Positions 37,806 through 50,769 of a stretch of DNA of 64,000 nucleotides are shown here, piece after piece. The position numbers and the translations under genes are program-made. The stretch's first letter is position 1; every line of letters starts with the position of its first letter. Under the pieces are notes generated by a model, which did no database searches, had not been told where the DNA came from, and was given only the letters and a program-made list of their open reading frames with translations. The stretch is from Camelus dromedarius (lineage: Eukaryota), in assembly GCF_036321535.1 (NCBI RefSeq), contig NC_087437.1, positions 107,014,001-107,078,000 of the forward strand, in the 5' to 3' direction.

Positions 37806-38694
37806 AGACAGAGTTGCTGATGACCGGCCACTGCTCTTCTCCCCTCGGTGTCAGGAAAGGGTGAATCTGTGGTGAGCTGCTAAAATAACTGAGCTCGTTG
37901 GAGGCATCAGGACTAAGAAACCAAGAATTTAGGGCAGAACCTGGCGTCAAACAGCAATCAGGGCAAAAAAAGTTGACATTTAAAATAATGGGTTTATGTC
38001 TGATCAAGATGAGTGAGAGGTTCAGTCAGAATTAGGGGATGCAGTCCTCGTGGGCCCCTTCCAGTCTGGCTTCTGGCTCTCTTGATTTCATGCTCTTAAA
38101 ACTTGTTCTGATAATATCTGTGCTAAAGAGTCATCAACGTGGATGAAATTTGAAGCATCGTGTTGAATTAATGTCCACGTGTACATGTTTCTGGTACCAT
38201 AGCAATGCATAAATGTATTTTCAGGAATGTCTAGCCAAATGTAATATTTTAACAACTCTCATTAAAAATAAATACAGTGGTTGTAGAAAAAAAGCAAAAT
38301 CTCTATCAAGAAAACACTAACAAAGGAAAGCAAAACTAAAACTAATAATGCCAGACAAAATATTTAATTTTAAATTATGTATGTAATTTTTAATGACTAT
38401 TACTTTAAAAAGCATTTAATTTAATTCTCAAAGTTGACTCTGTTTAGTGGGTGATATATTTCACAATCAAATTCACTGTCAAAACAGTGTGGTTGATCTT
38501 ACTTCTACTATTTTTTTTTTGTATACTTCTTGGTTTTATTATTTTGTTTTATGCTTCATTTTGTTTGATTTTCTCTTGATGTTTTTCTCCATTTTTGCTT
38601 TTTTATGGAAACTATCTTATTTATTGTTATTTTATTTAGTAATTTAGAAGGTAGAGATGCTGCTTTGAATTCCGCAAGTTGTTGATGGTGTTGA

Positions 38695-38717
38695 TGTGTG
38701 TGTGTGTGTGTGTGTGT
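38695..38717. repeat. (TG)11 microsatellite
   Basis: Direct read. Confidence 0.95.
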
Positions 38718-40159
38718 AAAGAAAACAATAAAGTGGCTCTTTCTATAGCGGCTGGGATTCAGGCAAAGATCAAGACTCAGCAAAGAAGCAAATGACCTGG
38801 AGAGCAAAGATGAACTTTGTGAGATGCTCAGGTGGGCTCCACCCCGCAAGGTCTGGGAACAGTAAGATGAACCTCTAGCAGGTAAGATTTGTTTCAAAGT
38901 GCAGCTGCTGGTTGCCTAACTCATTCTACAGGCACAGCTTTGGCATGAATATGATTGTAGGTAAAAAAGATTTTATAAGCCTTTTAGACATTATTAGGCA
39001 GACTAAAATACGAACCTTTAAAATTTCATGACACAGTTTCAATGTGCTATAGAGTAATGGCAAACTTTGTATTGTTAGGTCAGGCCTGGGTAGACAGTAG
39101 TCCATCCACTACTCCAAATTCTGGAGTTGTGTTACTCACCAAGGAGGAAACTGTGTCCCTCCACTAGCCTTGAATTTACCTGGCTTGTCCATGGCTCTAG
39201 CCGCCCGCTACACGGTGTGGAGTGAACTCGGGCTTGAGCAATGCACGTGAAGAGGAAACCTTCCTCAGGAGTCACACTTCTGACCTAAGCGATTTCCTAT
39301 CAAGAGACGGTAGAGTCACAAAGGGCCCAGGACTGAGAATTTGTGCTCAGGAGAAAAGATGGAGCTGGTAACACAGATACCCACTATCGCAAATTTCTAT
39401 TCTTGGCCAAAAGGGAGCAATGGATCAAATTTGACTCTGAAAAAGGAGCAACATGCACAAGAAGTTTTTCCCCCTAACATGCCAAATGTACACAGAACGA
39501 CACAAAACTGACCAACTGACACCCTGTTGCGGCTGAAGGCAACGTGGTTTCTCCTCTTCTCTGACGTTCTGTATGTCTGCTGTGGGTTTTGACAACACAA
39601 GTACTGGGTCCCAGGAAGATAAGTTTGGCTGAGATGTTAACTGAACAGCTGGCTAGTGACGGCTTGTTTTCTAAACATTGCTGGTGTAAGGTTAGTGCTG
39701 AGATAACCTTGTGTGTCTTACTAGATCTTTAAACCCTTTGTAAACAAGCCTTATGGAGTATCTGGCTTTAAATTAATCCAGGCTGTGAGGCGCTGGAAAA
39801 GACTGCACACAATGCAGTGAGGAAGAGCCCAGTCTGCTGACAGTGCTTCACCACCACTCAGGCTAAAGGAACCACTCTCTCTGAAACTGAGGAAAATAAG
39901 AAATCTGAGAGAATGATCATTTGTCTTTAAATTGAAAAATTGGAAGTCTAAAATTTCACCTGTGACACTAAAAAGATTTTAATTTTGAATTTTGAGTCTT
40001 TTGGATTTTAACATCTTTATGCTTTAATCTAGAAGAGGAAGATTTTAACTTTTAAATGCCTGTTTTAGAGCTTGATGATGGGAGGAAATTGCTTGGCATC
40101 CCAAAGAGCTAGAATTTATATTATTAGAGTGACTTTGTATGTATTTTAGTATTGAGTGC

Positions 40160-43100
40160 TACAGTGTCATTCAGTCTCATTCCAGACTGGTGCTTCTGGG
40201 TGATGGGTACATGAACCCCACAAGTATAAGTTCACTGACTTGATCCTTTCACCATAAAAAGAATGTTGATCAAGAGCGTTAGTAGGTGCGCTGAGCCAAC
40301 ACGATGATGAATGAGGCATTGACTAAGTCAACAGATGGCGGCAGTGAAAGGAGCATAGTGAGTGGGGAAGGCAAATCCACATCCAGGATGAGTCTCTGTT
40401 AATGTGAGATCAAACTGAAGCCCTTTCCATAATGGAAGAGATCCAATATAATTAAGCTTCCACCAGTCAACTAGCTGTTCCCATTTTGTTATGGTGCCAA
40501 TTTTGAAAATCAACCTTGGTGTCTGTGATTGGCCATGGAGACAATCAGAACCGGTGGTGGTTAGGTCTCCTTTCTGAAGGAGAAGCTCACATCCTTGTGC
40601 CCTTGCACAAACTTGGGCTCTGGCCTCATTGCTACTTTGTGCGTGAGCCCATCAGACAGGCACTGGCTGGCTTGGGAAAGGAACTAATGACACCGACGGA
40701 ACAGAGCATCTGTGCAACACTTCATCAAGAAGGTCCCGAGCAGTCAGTGCCCTCTGGGGAGCATTTACAAGGGATACAATTATTCTCTTTTGCTCATACT
40801 CTTAAAAATTCATCCCCAATTATGTCTCAGATATTTTTGTAACAAATAGAGTCATTCCTTCCTTCCAAGTCCCTAACTATACAGCCATTTTTTATTGCCC
40901 ACGGGTCAGTATAGATACATCATTCTGACCACCTTTCCTTTCATGCGACGTATACAACCAGACGAAAGTTTGTTCTGCCCACCCTCCCTCCTCCAGGATA
41001 TCTGTGCTCCCACGGCACTCCCTGTCTTCTTTGTTTTGAACTATTCATAAACCATGCTCAGTTTTTTTTTTTTTTCCCTCTATCAGTTGGTCACAGAGAG
41101 CTCACGATTAAGCCATAAATGTGGACTGAGGGAGACATGGTACAGCGGCAGACACAGGAGCTCTGGAAGTCTGAGCACGCTGCTTGTAAAAATTACTTGT
41201 GCCTTCAAAATCTGCTTTATCCTGGTGTTGTGATTAACTGTTCTCTTTGGTGATGGAGTACTGCCTTATCCCCCTTCAATTTTATGACTTGGAGGATCAG
41301 ATAAGAGCCAGTTCATGATGGGCAGCCCAGATCTCCTGGTCACATAATAGCTCATTGTCAGGAATTCAGTCTCTCAAGGACTCAGCAGTGAGGCAGGGGC
41401 TGTTTTAGAAAAGGAGAGAGAGTATATTTGTTTGCAGAAAAGAATGTGGATTTTCCAAAATCCATAGGGCTCTTCTTCCTGTGCACTGCGATTCTCCTGT
41501 CCAGGTCTGTCACCGGCTCCACTGAGACTCCCAAGCTGTCCCAGATGCCTCGAACACTATTTTATCTGCCTGGTTATGAAACCCAAATGGTAAAGCAGCT
41601 TGTACTCTAGCCTGGCCCAGCTGGAGAGTCTTTTCCTGATCTGTCACCACATTCAGAGCTGCCATAACCACAGGATGTTTGGTAAATGGATCAAAACAGC
41701 TCGCCCAAAATTACTTGCCTCTACAATCCAAAGAAGCATAAAAAGCATCATGCATTTTTCTTGGAGGAAAGGGGTAACAGATAGAATAAATTCTAGTTCA
41801 CCTTGTATTGGTATATTTCTATCCTCCCAAGCCCCGTGAACCTTCTAAAACTTCCTTGAAGTGGCAGACTTCTGATTTTTGTGTGGAATTCTACCCTACC
41901 TTATATTTGGCTAATCAGGGAGCCAAGGATGCCTGCTACTTCTAGCTCACCACGTACTGTTGGCCTTCTCTCATCAACAGAGTAAACCAGTCCATTTTCT
42001 GCAGGATGATGAGACAGTCAAGGTCCTTGTGAAATAAATAATAACAAAGGGTCAGAAAACTGATGTAGTCCTAACCAGAGTAGTGAGGGTACATCGCTGC
42101 CACTGACAAATGAAAAGAAATTGCTTTGGTGACCATTGCTGATAGATACAGAGAAACAATCATTGCACAGCAGCTGTGCTGAATTATTACAGTTAAAGGA
42201 CAAAATCTGGGCTCCAATTACAGTTTAAGCCACCATCCATTTTTATTTAAGGTAAATCTAATTTCATGGCCCAAGTCACATCTGCCAACTGCCCACGACA
42301 TCCAGTCAAGTTAGATGAGGATGTGGTATAGAAATGACCACGGCTTCATCTCTTAGGCCGCTGAAGAATGTAGTATTGTTTTTGGTTTAGTCATCCTGTG
42401 GGGAGGAACAGAATTCCGTGAGCTTCCCCACAATGATGGGTCTTGCTCTATGTTTCAGGGAGCTGGTGGCATCTAAGGATTTTATTTTTCACTGGGCATG
42501 TAGGATCTGGGTTCTTCATCTTGTGGGATGCAGTGAACAAATTCATGGAACTCCTGGCCCCACTTTAAAGTGGACTTGGGTCAAAATACCCGTAAATTCC
42601 AACTCTAATTGGTGGCCCATCATGGTGCCTGGGTAGATAGAGATTGGCATTAACTTAGGTCTAATAATCACCAAAAGGTCTAGCATTCCCTTTACCAGTG
42701 AATATTCACCCTCATACAGAGCTGCAGGTCTCCTTGGGAAAGGCCAGGAGGAAGCATGATAGTACACAGCACGGCCGGGGCCCAGGTCTATCGAGGATAC
42801 TCCTGTTTCTCTTTATTCAAGGGTCTCTAGGTTTGCTATATGCATAATCTGGAAACTGGGTAATGAGCTCGGCCACTTTATGATTATGATTCAAAGCTGA
42901 TCCCTATTCAGTAGATCTAGAGGTTTTATATTTCAGTTACTTAGGTAAAGCAGAGCCTTACTTTATTATACTTTCCATCCAATTCAGTTTTAAGGATTCA
43001 TAATTAATTTAACCACTGCCACAGATCCTTGAGTTTAAAACCTTGTGTTACCACTATGGCTATTCTGCTAACCACAGTAACTACGGCCACCTTGTCTCTA

Positions 43101-43300
43101 ATGGTTACATGTTGTCACGTGGCCTCGCTCACTCCTGGATCAGTTTCCACCGGAAAGGTGGAGCCCAGTTCAATGTCAGTATCCCCCACTGAGGTAGATG
43201 TTGCTGGGGCGCCAGCCATATCCTTGTGAATCTCTGATCTGGAGGGACAAAGGTGTGCATGGTTAGGATAAAGTGAGCAGGCCCCTCAGTGATGGCTGTG
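40160..43300 (-). mobile_element. ERVL-class internal fossil (gag end, protease, RT/RNase H, integrase), non-functional
   Basis: ORF 40328-40513 'WWKLNYIGSLPLWKGLQFDLTLTETHPGCGFAFP' matches the ERVL integrase core (WWQVDYIGPLPSWKGQRFVLTGIDTYSGYGFAFP); ORF 42543-42767 'GILTQVHFKVGP' matches the ERVL protease; gene order is colinear on minus. Confidence 0.8.
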
Positions 43301-44583
43301 AAAGGGTTGCAGTGCCCATAGGCTGTTTTTATTTGCTTCCTGGTCATGAACGAGTCAGCCTGGTTAAACACAGACTGGAGGAGGTCAACCTACTCCTATT
43401 TTGGCGAACACTTAAGGAAGAAAGGCAGACTCACAGACAAATTCTATTTCAAAAGCAAAAACAGAACCCAGCTGTGGGTTGAATGCATAAACACGCTCCT
43501 AGATTAGACTTATCTAGAGTTATGAAAGTCAGCAAGGGAATGTGCAGATATGTGCCCAGAGCTTCAGAATCATAGCAGCTAAAGAAGATCCGCATCTTTT
43601 ATCAGCAAGGTAATCTAATGTTATCATTTGGCAGGCTTGGCATATGGGGCAATGACATAAGACTTCAAAATACCTCAAGGAGCTCTGCTGAGCCATGGTT
43701 CTCTGAAGAGCATTTCCCAAGAATGGTGGTGTGTGTCTGCACAACAGCGTCACAAGTTTCTACAGCACCACTGGCCTTAATCCACCCTTTTGACACACAG
43801 AGAATATGCAGTATTGTATATTGTGCTTGCCTGGCATTGACTTTAAGAATTATTTTCCTGGGAGCAGGATGATATGAGTCAAATGTTTATCCAAGTAGTC
43901 AGAATCCCAGAGAATAGATATGTAGGGCTCATCTGGTTCAGCTCTCTGATTACAGACACGAAGATGAGAAAGCATTTCCAATCACTGGGTTGAATTCTGT
44001 GCCCCCTTATGTGTATTTTCCTCATTTTTTGGTCCACGTTGCAGTTGAGAAAAATAGGAAATTCATAATCAAGCACTGATGCATGGATTTTATTAATATT
44101 ACTGTTGAGAACCATAGGAGAACATTATGATTATATTTTAGGACCAGCAAAACTGACAAAAGAATTGCACTGGTTGTGCTAATGATATACTATAGGTCAT
44201 ATGAGACCAATAAATATTCAACTTTGATAAACAGAATATTAAGATCATTTCTAGAATGGAGAGGGGGATACCTTAGAGAAAATTTATTTATAATAGATTA
44301 TATTCTGCATTTTTTCTCTGTTGTGCAATGATTTACCACAAACTTAGTTGCTTACAACACACATCTATTTTCTGTCACAGCTTTGATGGGTCTGGAGCAC
44401 AGGCATGCTTAGCCAGGTCCTCGGCAAGGCTGCAATCAAGGTGTTAGCCAGGGCTGGGCTCTCATTTGGAGGTTCAAATGGGGAAGGAGCCACCTGAAGC
44501 TCACTCAGGTTGTTGGCAGAATTAATTTCCTTGTGGCTGTAAACCTCCTAAACACTCAGTGCTTCAAAGTGAGCATAGAAGAG

Positions 44584-44885
44584 TATGATGGTTAATCTTA
44601 CATTTCAACTGGAGGGTGTTTTTAGATTAAATTAGTATTTAAATCAGTGATCTTTGGGTAAAGCAGATGGCCTTCCATCACGTGAGTGAGCCTCTTCTAA
44701 TCAAACGGAGTCTTTTCTTCTCAAGGGGACTGGCCTCCCCAAACAAGAGGGAGTCCCTAGCAGACCGCTTTCTAACTTCATCTCCACCATGGGCTCTCCT
44801 GAGTATCCAGCCTTCCAGCCCACTCTGCAGATTTGTCCTGGCCAGCCTTGAGAACTGCACGAGCCAATTCTTTATAATAAATTTA

Positions 44886-44949
<64 letters not shown>

Positions 44950-44994
44950 CATCCATCCATCCATCCATCCATCTATCTATCTATCTAACCATAC

Positions 44995-45049
<55 letters not shown>

Positions 45050-45089
45050 CCTATTTGTTGTTTTTCTCTGGAGAAGCCTGACTAATAGA
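44584..45089 (+). mobile_element. MLT2-family ERVL solo LTR nested in MLT1F
   Basis: tatgatggttaat...ctctggagaagcctgactaataga; near-TSD aagag / gagag (44579-44583 / 45090-45094). Confidence 0.8.
44886..45048. repeat. Compound microsatellite (TGTC)n(TATC)n(CATC)n(TATC)n(CA)n
   Basis: Direct read; lies inside the MLT2 LTR. Confidence 0.95.
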
Positions 45090-46745
45090 GAGAGACTCCA
45101 AAGCCAGGCAAGCCAGGCATCGACCAGGATGAAGTCTTATATAACATATGGTAACCAAGAGAGTGACATCCCATCACCTGTGCCACACTCTATTGACTGG
45201 AAGCAAGTCCCAGATTCCACCTGCACTCTGGAGGAGGGGCTTGTACCAGGGTGTGAACACCAGACTGCAGGGATCTCAGGGGTCACCTAAAATTCTAAAC
45301 ACATCCTCTGTGCTCTTAAGTGAAAAGCAATGTGGAGCAATCGAAGAGCCTGGACATCGGACACAGCCACAAACTTATATTTTAGGTCCTTGGCTTAACA
45401 TCTGTATCACCTTGAGCACCTGGCTGCATGGCGAAGGGGTCTCCGAAAGAGAAAACCAAATCTGCAGCCCCAGTGAGGTGATCTGGTGACTACCTATGGG
45501 AAAGCAGGAATTGAGAATTGAAGATAAGAGCAATCCAGTGGGAATATGGAGTGAATCGCCTCCCCACCCTGGAAAGCTGAGGAGGGACAAGAAAAGATAA
45601 CCCCTCCTCTCCTCTTTCTAATGGAAAGGGTAGCGCAGACAGTACCCCCAGGCTTCAGAATATAGAGATTCTCAGAGCATAGAGGAATTTGAGTTGTAGG
45701 GTAAGGAGAATGAATCCCGCAAGATATTTCCAGCCCTTAAGAATCATGGAATTTGCTTCCTGCTGAGCCTCACAAACAAAGGGGTCTACCCCTGGCAATG
45801 TGGTTCCAGAGGAGACCAGACGATGCTGTGAGGTTGCCCATCTCAGGGCACCAGAGCTGGGGCGTGGAGGTCAAGAGAGCAAGAACAGAAGGTGTTGACA
45901 ATGGCAGAAGGAAAAGCAAATTTGGTGGCCCTGGGAGTGGTAGCCAAATTCCCATCACTGAGGAGGGAGGGGGCTTAGAAAGAGACTCTAGCCATTCATC
46001 CAACACTTTCCCTTAGGGGCTGTCCAAGAAATTTAGTTTTGTTGCCAACAGTGTGAGTTATCCATCAACTTGGTGTTCTGCTCTTCAGGCTGATGAAAAA
46101 TATGAAAGCTTACCTAGCAGGACTGTTAGGGACACAAGAAGATAGAATGTCAGTGTCTAGCTTACACTAAGTACGTGGTAAATACCATTTTCATTTCTGA
46201 TCATTGGAAAGAAACATTCAAACTGTACCTACTTGATAACTCTAAGCTGTTTTTCAAATTGAGATGATTGAATTGACTTTTCCACTTAAGATAGGGTTCA
46301 GGCAAATTCAGACAGCCAAAGCAAGCTGCAGCTTTTTTGTTTTTTGTTTTTTCACTCTAATCTAACCTCTTCTGCTTCCTTCATGATTTGCATGTGGCTG
46401 GAAATTGATTGACAGATATGGCAAACATGTTAACAAATGCCTATTTTCATCTTGTTCCTGTGGGAGAGGGTGGGGGAGAGACAGTGCTGGTGGGCTGGCC
46501 CGTTCGAACTTGACCTAGGGTAGATGTTGGGATGCCAATGAGATTCGCTGTGGACATCGATCTAGAGCTACCCATGAGCAAGTGTCAGTTGGAGACTGAA
46601 CTGAATCCTATTAGAGGAGATGAGGCAGAGTCGTGTTGAAAGGCTACTAGCACATAAGAGGTGTGGGCTGTCACCAGTGACTGCGAGAGGAGTCAGGAGC
46701 TACCGTGAACATAATCCAGCAGAAAAAGAGTAAAACTATCCAGGC

Positions 46746-46890
46746 GAGGCTGGTTTCATGGTTGAGTCACACAGGGCCCCACCCTAACAAAGGCCGAAGT
46801 TTGTCGTCTTGAAATTCTTAATCATTTTTCACTATAGGGCCTCTCATTTCCATTTTGGAGTCAAGCCTACAAATATTGTAGCCAATTCTG
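46746..46890 (+). mobile_element. MER91-like hAT-Tip100 MITE
   Basis: ggctggtttcatgg...gtcacacagggcccc...gtcgtcttgaaattcttaatcatt...tgtagccaattctg. Confidence 0.7.
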
Positions 46891-47278
46891 CACCCAGGGC
46901 CCAGGCCTTTGATAAAGATAAAAGATAGGAGATGGCGTCTCCTCACATGATGTCCTCGGGGGCAGCTGGAAGAAAGGCCACCCGGATCTTTGTAATAGGT
47001 CAGTGTGAAAATTCATCTCCAGTGTTCAGGAAGTGTTCGGGGTCCAGGGTTTACCAGTTGGAAAGTTTTCAGAGTCAAAGAATTGTACCTGTACTTTTTG
47101 GTTTTTATTATTGCTGCTATTAAGTTGGATAGCTCTTTGAAAAGTTTTTTAATGATCCCTCGTCTGTGACTTTCCAGAAATCATTTGTGACTCTGTTTAT
47201 TTGTCCTCTTATCAGGCTGCCAGACTGATTAAGTGAAAAGAAACAGCTATGAAAATTTAAAGGGGGAATCAGTTTTAA

Positions 47279-47338
47279 ACACACACACACACACACGTGC
47301 ATGTACACACGCACACGCACACACACATACACATACAC
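47279..47338. repeat. 60-nt strictly alternating purine-pyrimidine tract
   Basis: (AC)n mixed with GT/GC/AT dinucleotides with no break in RY phase. Confidence 0.9.
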
Positions 47339-47993
47339 TGTTGATGCCCTGGAAACAGGATTCTGTTACTTTCAATGTAATATACAAATGAAGGCTTATT
47401 CATATATAACACCTCACTCTGATTTGTCTGATGCTTTAGGAAACCAAAACTTGCTCTTTAGGTATATTTTTAGACATGGTTTCCGAAGGCATTGACATTA
47501 TCTATACATGATAGAGAGAAAAACAAAAAAACCCAAACCAGCCCCAGTATCCAGACAGCAAGAAAAAAAAAAAAGAAAGAAAGAAACGAACAGGCTTATT
47601 TATTTATTCATTTACTGTGTAAATAGCTTCAGATGGCAATTAATTACATACAATTTATTCTGAAAAGTTATAAATCACGTTCACAGTTCTCCTCTGACAA
47701 TTGTTTTCCTAAGCGTGTTCTGTCTTGGTCCCCCTACACATGTGTTCATACCCACCTACTCTCACGGCATCACACACATACCTTTACAGTTCATCTCTCT
47801 CACCCCGCCATCCCTATTTATTAGTCTGACCAGCAATGGAAAAATGGTAAGAAAAAGTGGTTCTTCTGCAAGAACCCGTAAATATGACTTGATGGTTTCC
47901 ATTAGGGGCCAGGAAGTAGAATGAGACCTACAGGCTGTGCTGATAACAGCAAACCCCCGGGGTGATGCTCTCTTACCACCTCCGGCAGAAGGT

Positions 47994-48027
47994 GGGTGGG
48001 TGGGGAGGGAGGAGGGGTGGAGGTGGG
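47994..48027 (+). other. G-quadruplex-forming motif
   Basis: GGGtGGGtGGGGaGGG (47994-48009, 1-nt loops) plus spare G-runs. Confidence 0.7.
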
Positions 48028-48440
48028 CGGTTTGGAATGTACCAAATCACTCTGCCTACCTTTTACAGCTAATGATCCCAGCCAGCGAGGTGACCTGAAT
48101 TAACCTCGTGGGACAGAATAAGGGTGAATTATCTCTGTGGTTACACTTCATGCCTTGATAAGTAGAAATTTAATGAGTCTCATTACCTCATCTAATTATT
48201 TTTTTTAAATCAACAAATACATATTTTACCTATTACACTATCTAGCAGAAAAGAGACAAAAGATTCATTCAGGCTCGATTGAAAAAAAAATGTCTATCAC
48301 AACCACGACCACAAAATAAAAGCAACATGCCTCAACCAGATACACAGCAAGACACATGGCAGTAATTTCAGCCAGAAAGAGCCCTCTAGAGAAGGTACGC
48401 TTTCCACGATCCCGGCCCTTGGAGGAAACGCACTCTGCAG

Positions 48441-48455
48441 CCACTGGGGGGCAGC
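48441..48455 (+). promoter_or_regulatory. CTCF-like motif
   Basis: CCACTGGGGGGCAGC, one mismatch from CCACTAGGGGGCAGC. Confidence 0.35.
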
Positions 48456-49489
48456 ACTGCTCAAGTGCAAGTGTTTCTGAGTCAACAGAGTTGCAGACAG
48501 CCCACAAAGCTATATAGTTGGTGAAGATAAGATTTTTAATCCATTTCTGACCCTAAAGAGTCTGTTAAGAATGTTTGCAATGAGGTGAATTCAGTGTTCA
48601 GCCAACAAGGCAAAGAACATGGATACTTCCCTCCCAATGGCCACGAAGTAGCTTTTCACGTGGCATCGAACATCCCCTCACCACGGCTGACGCCGGCAGG
48701 CCACGCCTCTGCCCTTTTCTCTCAGTCTGCAGATTCTTCTGCACGCTCACGCCTCACGTCTAACCAGTTCGGGCTTAAACTCACAGACTGGATGATCCGT
48801 TGACCAGACCTAGTATTCCAGAATCCTAAAAGCCATCATATGAATATAACTAAAAAAATCATCCGTTTCATGGGATAAAGAAAAAAGCAAAGTCATTTCA
48901 TACAATGGAAAGGGCAGCCATTCCATTTCAGCACTTAAAATAATTCTGGAGACATTCTGGTGAATTACAAACTTTCTTTGACTTCTCAAACCAACTCGGA
49001 TGGAAGATTTTAGTGATGTAACCGTGAATAATGTGTCCTCATGGCTGTCCCTCCTTTTTGTAAATCTTCCTAGCATTTACTAGAATATGAAGGTATCAAA
49101 AGTTATAATTTGGATTTAGGATGTTTCCTAATTGGAGAAAGCCAAAATAGTTAAGTGTTCCTAGTATTTAGTCATATTTAAACATTCAACATTTTGAAAT
49201 TTTCCTCATTATCAGAACTTGCTTTTGTAAAACTTAGACAGTTCTCATTTTAATAAATGCTAGCTTACAGCGGTAACACACATACACACTCACGTTCATA
49301 CACACACACGTGTACTTTAATATACACATGATATATATCATATATATTATACAATGTCTAGATTTTCTAGGTTGGTTCCAACTTCTAGAATTCTGTTCTG
49401 TAGACAAAAATCATGTAACAGGCTACGAGTCACAAAAATTGGCTTAGAAAACATGGCAGAAAACTGTCCAGCCTCATAGGTCAAGCCTA

Positions 49490-49730
49490 GTCTTCAGTGC
49501 GGGAAGGCTGGGGGCCCAGGTTCAGGTCAAAATCCCCTACTGGACTTCCAAGCCTTGCAGTATGGTTCCTAGGAGTTGCTGAGATTCAGGGCTTCAGTTT
49601 TTACATCTTAAAGACAGGGATGTTCACTTAACATACACATTCCACAGGATTATTTTGAGAAACAGTGAAAATTTTTTGCATGACAGCACTTTCGAATCTG
49701 TAAAATATCTTGCAAGCACAGGGTTCTTTG
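49490..49730 (+). mobile_element. MIR SINE
   Basis: ggcttcagtttttacatcttaaagacaggga...ccacaggattattttgaga...tgacagcactttc. Confidence 0.6.
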
Positions 49731-49767
49731 TCCACAACTGTATTATTTTGAGTAAAAGAAAAAGGTT

Positions 49768-49943
49768 GATAAATGAACAAGTTTCTTCTGTATAGCACAG
49801 GGAACTGTACTCAATGACTTGTGGTAACCTATAATAAAAAAGAATATGAAAATGAATATATGTACGTGTATGCATCTGAAACATTACACTGTACACCAGA
49901 AATCAACGCATTGTAAGTTGACTGTACTTCAATTAAAAAAAAA
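49768..49943 (+). mobile_element. Short cetartiodactyl-type L1 3' end with A tail
   Basis: ctgtatagcacagggaactgtactcaat...ctgtacaccagaaat...ctgtacttcaattaaaaaaaaa. Confidence 0.85.
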
Positions 49944-50579
49944 GAAACAGTGTGAATTCAAGTATAAATGGTTCAGTGGAATATTTGATTTTCACAATGT
50001 TAAGGTGAAATCAAACCATAGACGAAAAAAATAAAGGAGAGTCATTCTAATTGCAGGAAAACGATTTCCTAGAAGAAACAGTATTTTAGACATACAGGAA
50101 TACCTTGTAGACACCTGGTAAATGTTAAGTAATTTTTCAGCTTTCATAGAATAATAGCATATCTAAAAATTAGGTTAAGAAGTGAAGATGGTTTTCTTAA
50201 ATGTACTTTACCATGGAAATTCAAACAGAAGAGGCATCTCCTCCATTTACTTTAAAAGCTTCCCCAATGGATTTCATACGCAAAGTATGTGTTTGTCATT
50301 TGATCTAACAGCTCAGTTTTATGAGCGATTATATGCATGTGACAGAGAACCCATCCCAGAATGTATTAGTCCCAAACATCACAGTCTTTTCACATTACGA
50401 TCTTCATATATTATCTATAAAACCCTCTTCCTAGTGAGTCTGCAGCTCCTTTTTGGCTTAACAACAGTTTCATCATATTTAGTAACTTCAAGTTAGAAAA
50501 ATACAACAAAAAAGACTAATATGTACTGAAAAGTATATAAATACTCTGAATTTCAAGTGTTTAAAAGATAAACCCATCC

Positions 50580-50769
50580 AAAGCTATTGTTATCGATATT
50601 CAGGGAGGAACAATTCTTTGTTGAGCAGGAATGTTCCACAGGTTGCTGGGTAAATAGCCATCCGCTAAATGCCAACCGCTCTCTAGAGATACTGTGAACA
50701 CAGAAAATGCCTCCACACATTTCTCTGTGTCTCTAGGTAGGTGACACTACCTCCATTTGAGAATCAGTG
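50580..50769. mobile_element. MER20-like hAT-Charlie MITE
   Basis: acaattctttgttg...ctaaatgcca...ccacacatttc...ttgagaatcagtg. Confidence 0.55.

Larger units (their letters stand above)
44310..45297 (-). mobile_element. MLT1F-like MaLR LTR, split by an MLT2 LTR
   Basis: ttaccacaaacttagttgctta...aaggctgcaatcaaggtgttagccagggctg; distal half gagtgacatcccatcacc...ctctattgactggaagcaagtc. Confidence 0.75.

Noticed and set aside
44667..45290. Longest ORF in the track (207 aa)
   Set aside because: Open only because it runs through stop-free microsatellites (SIYL/HT repeats) inside nested LTRs.
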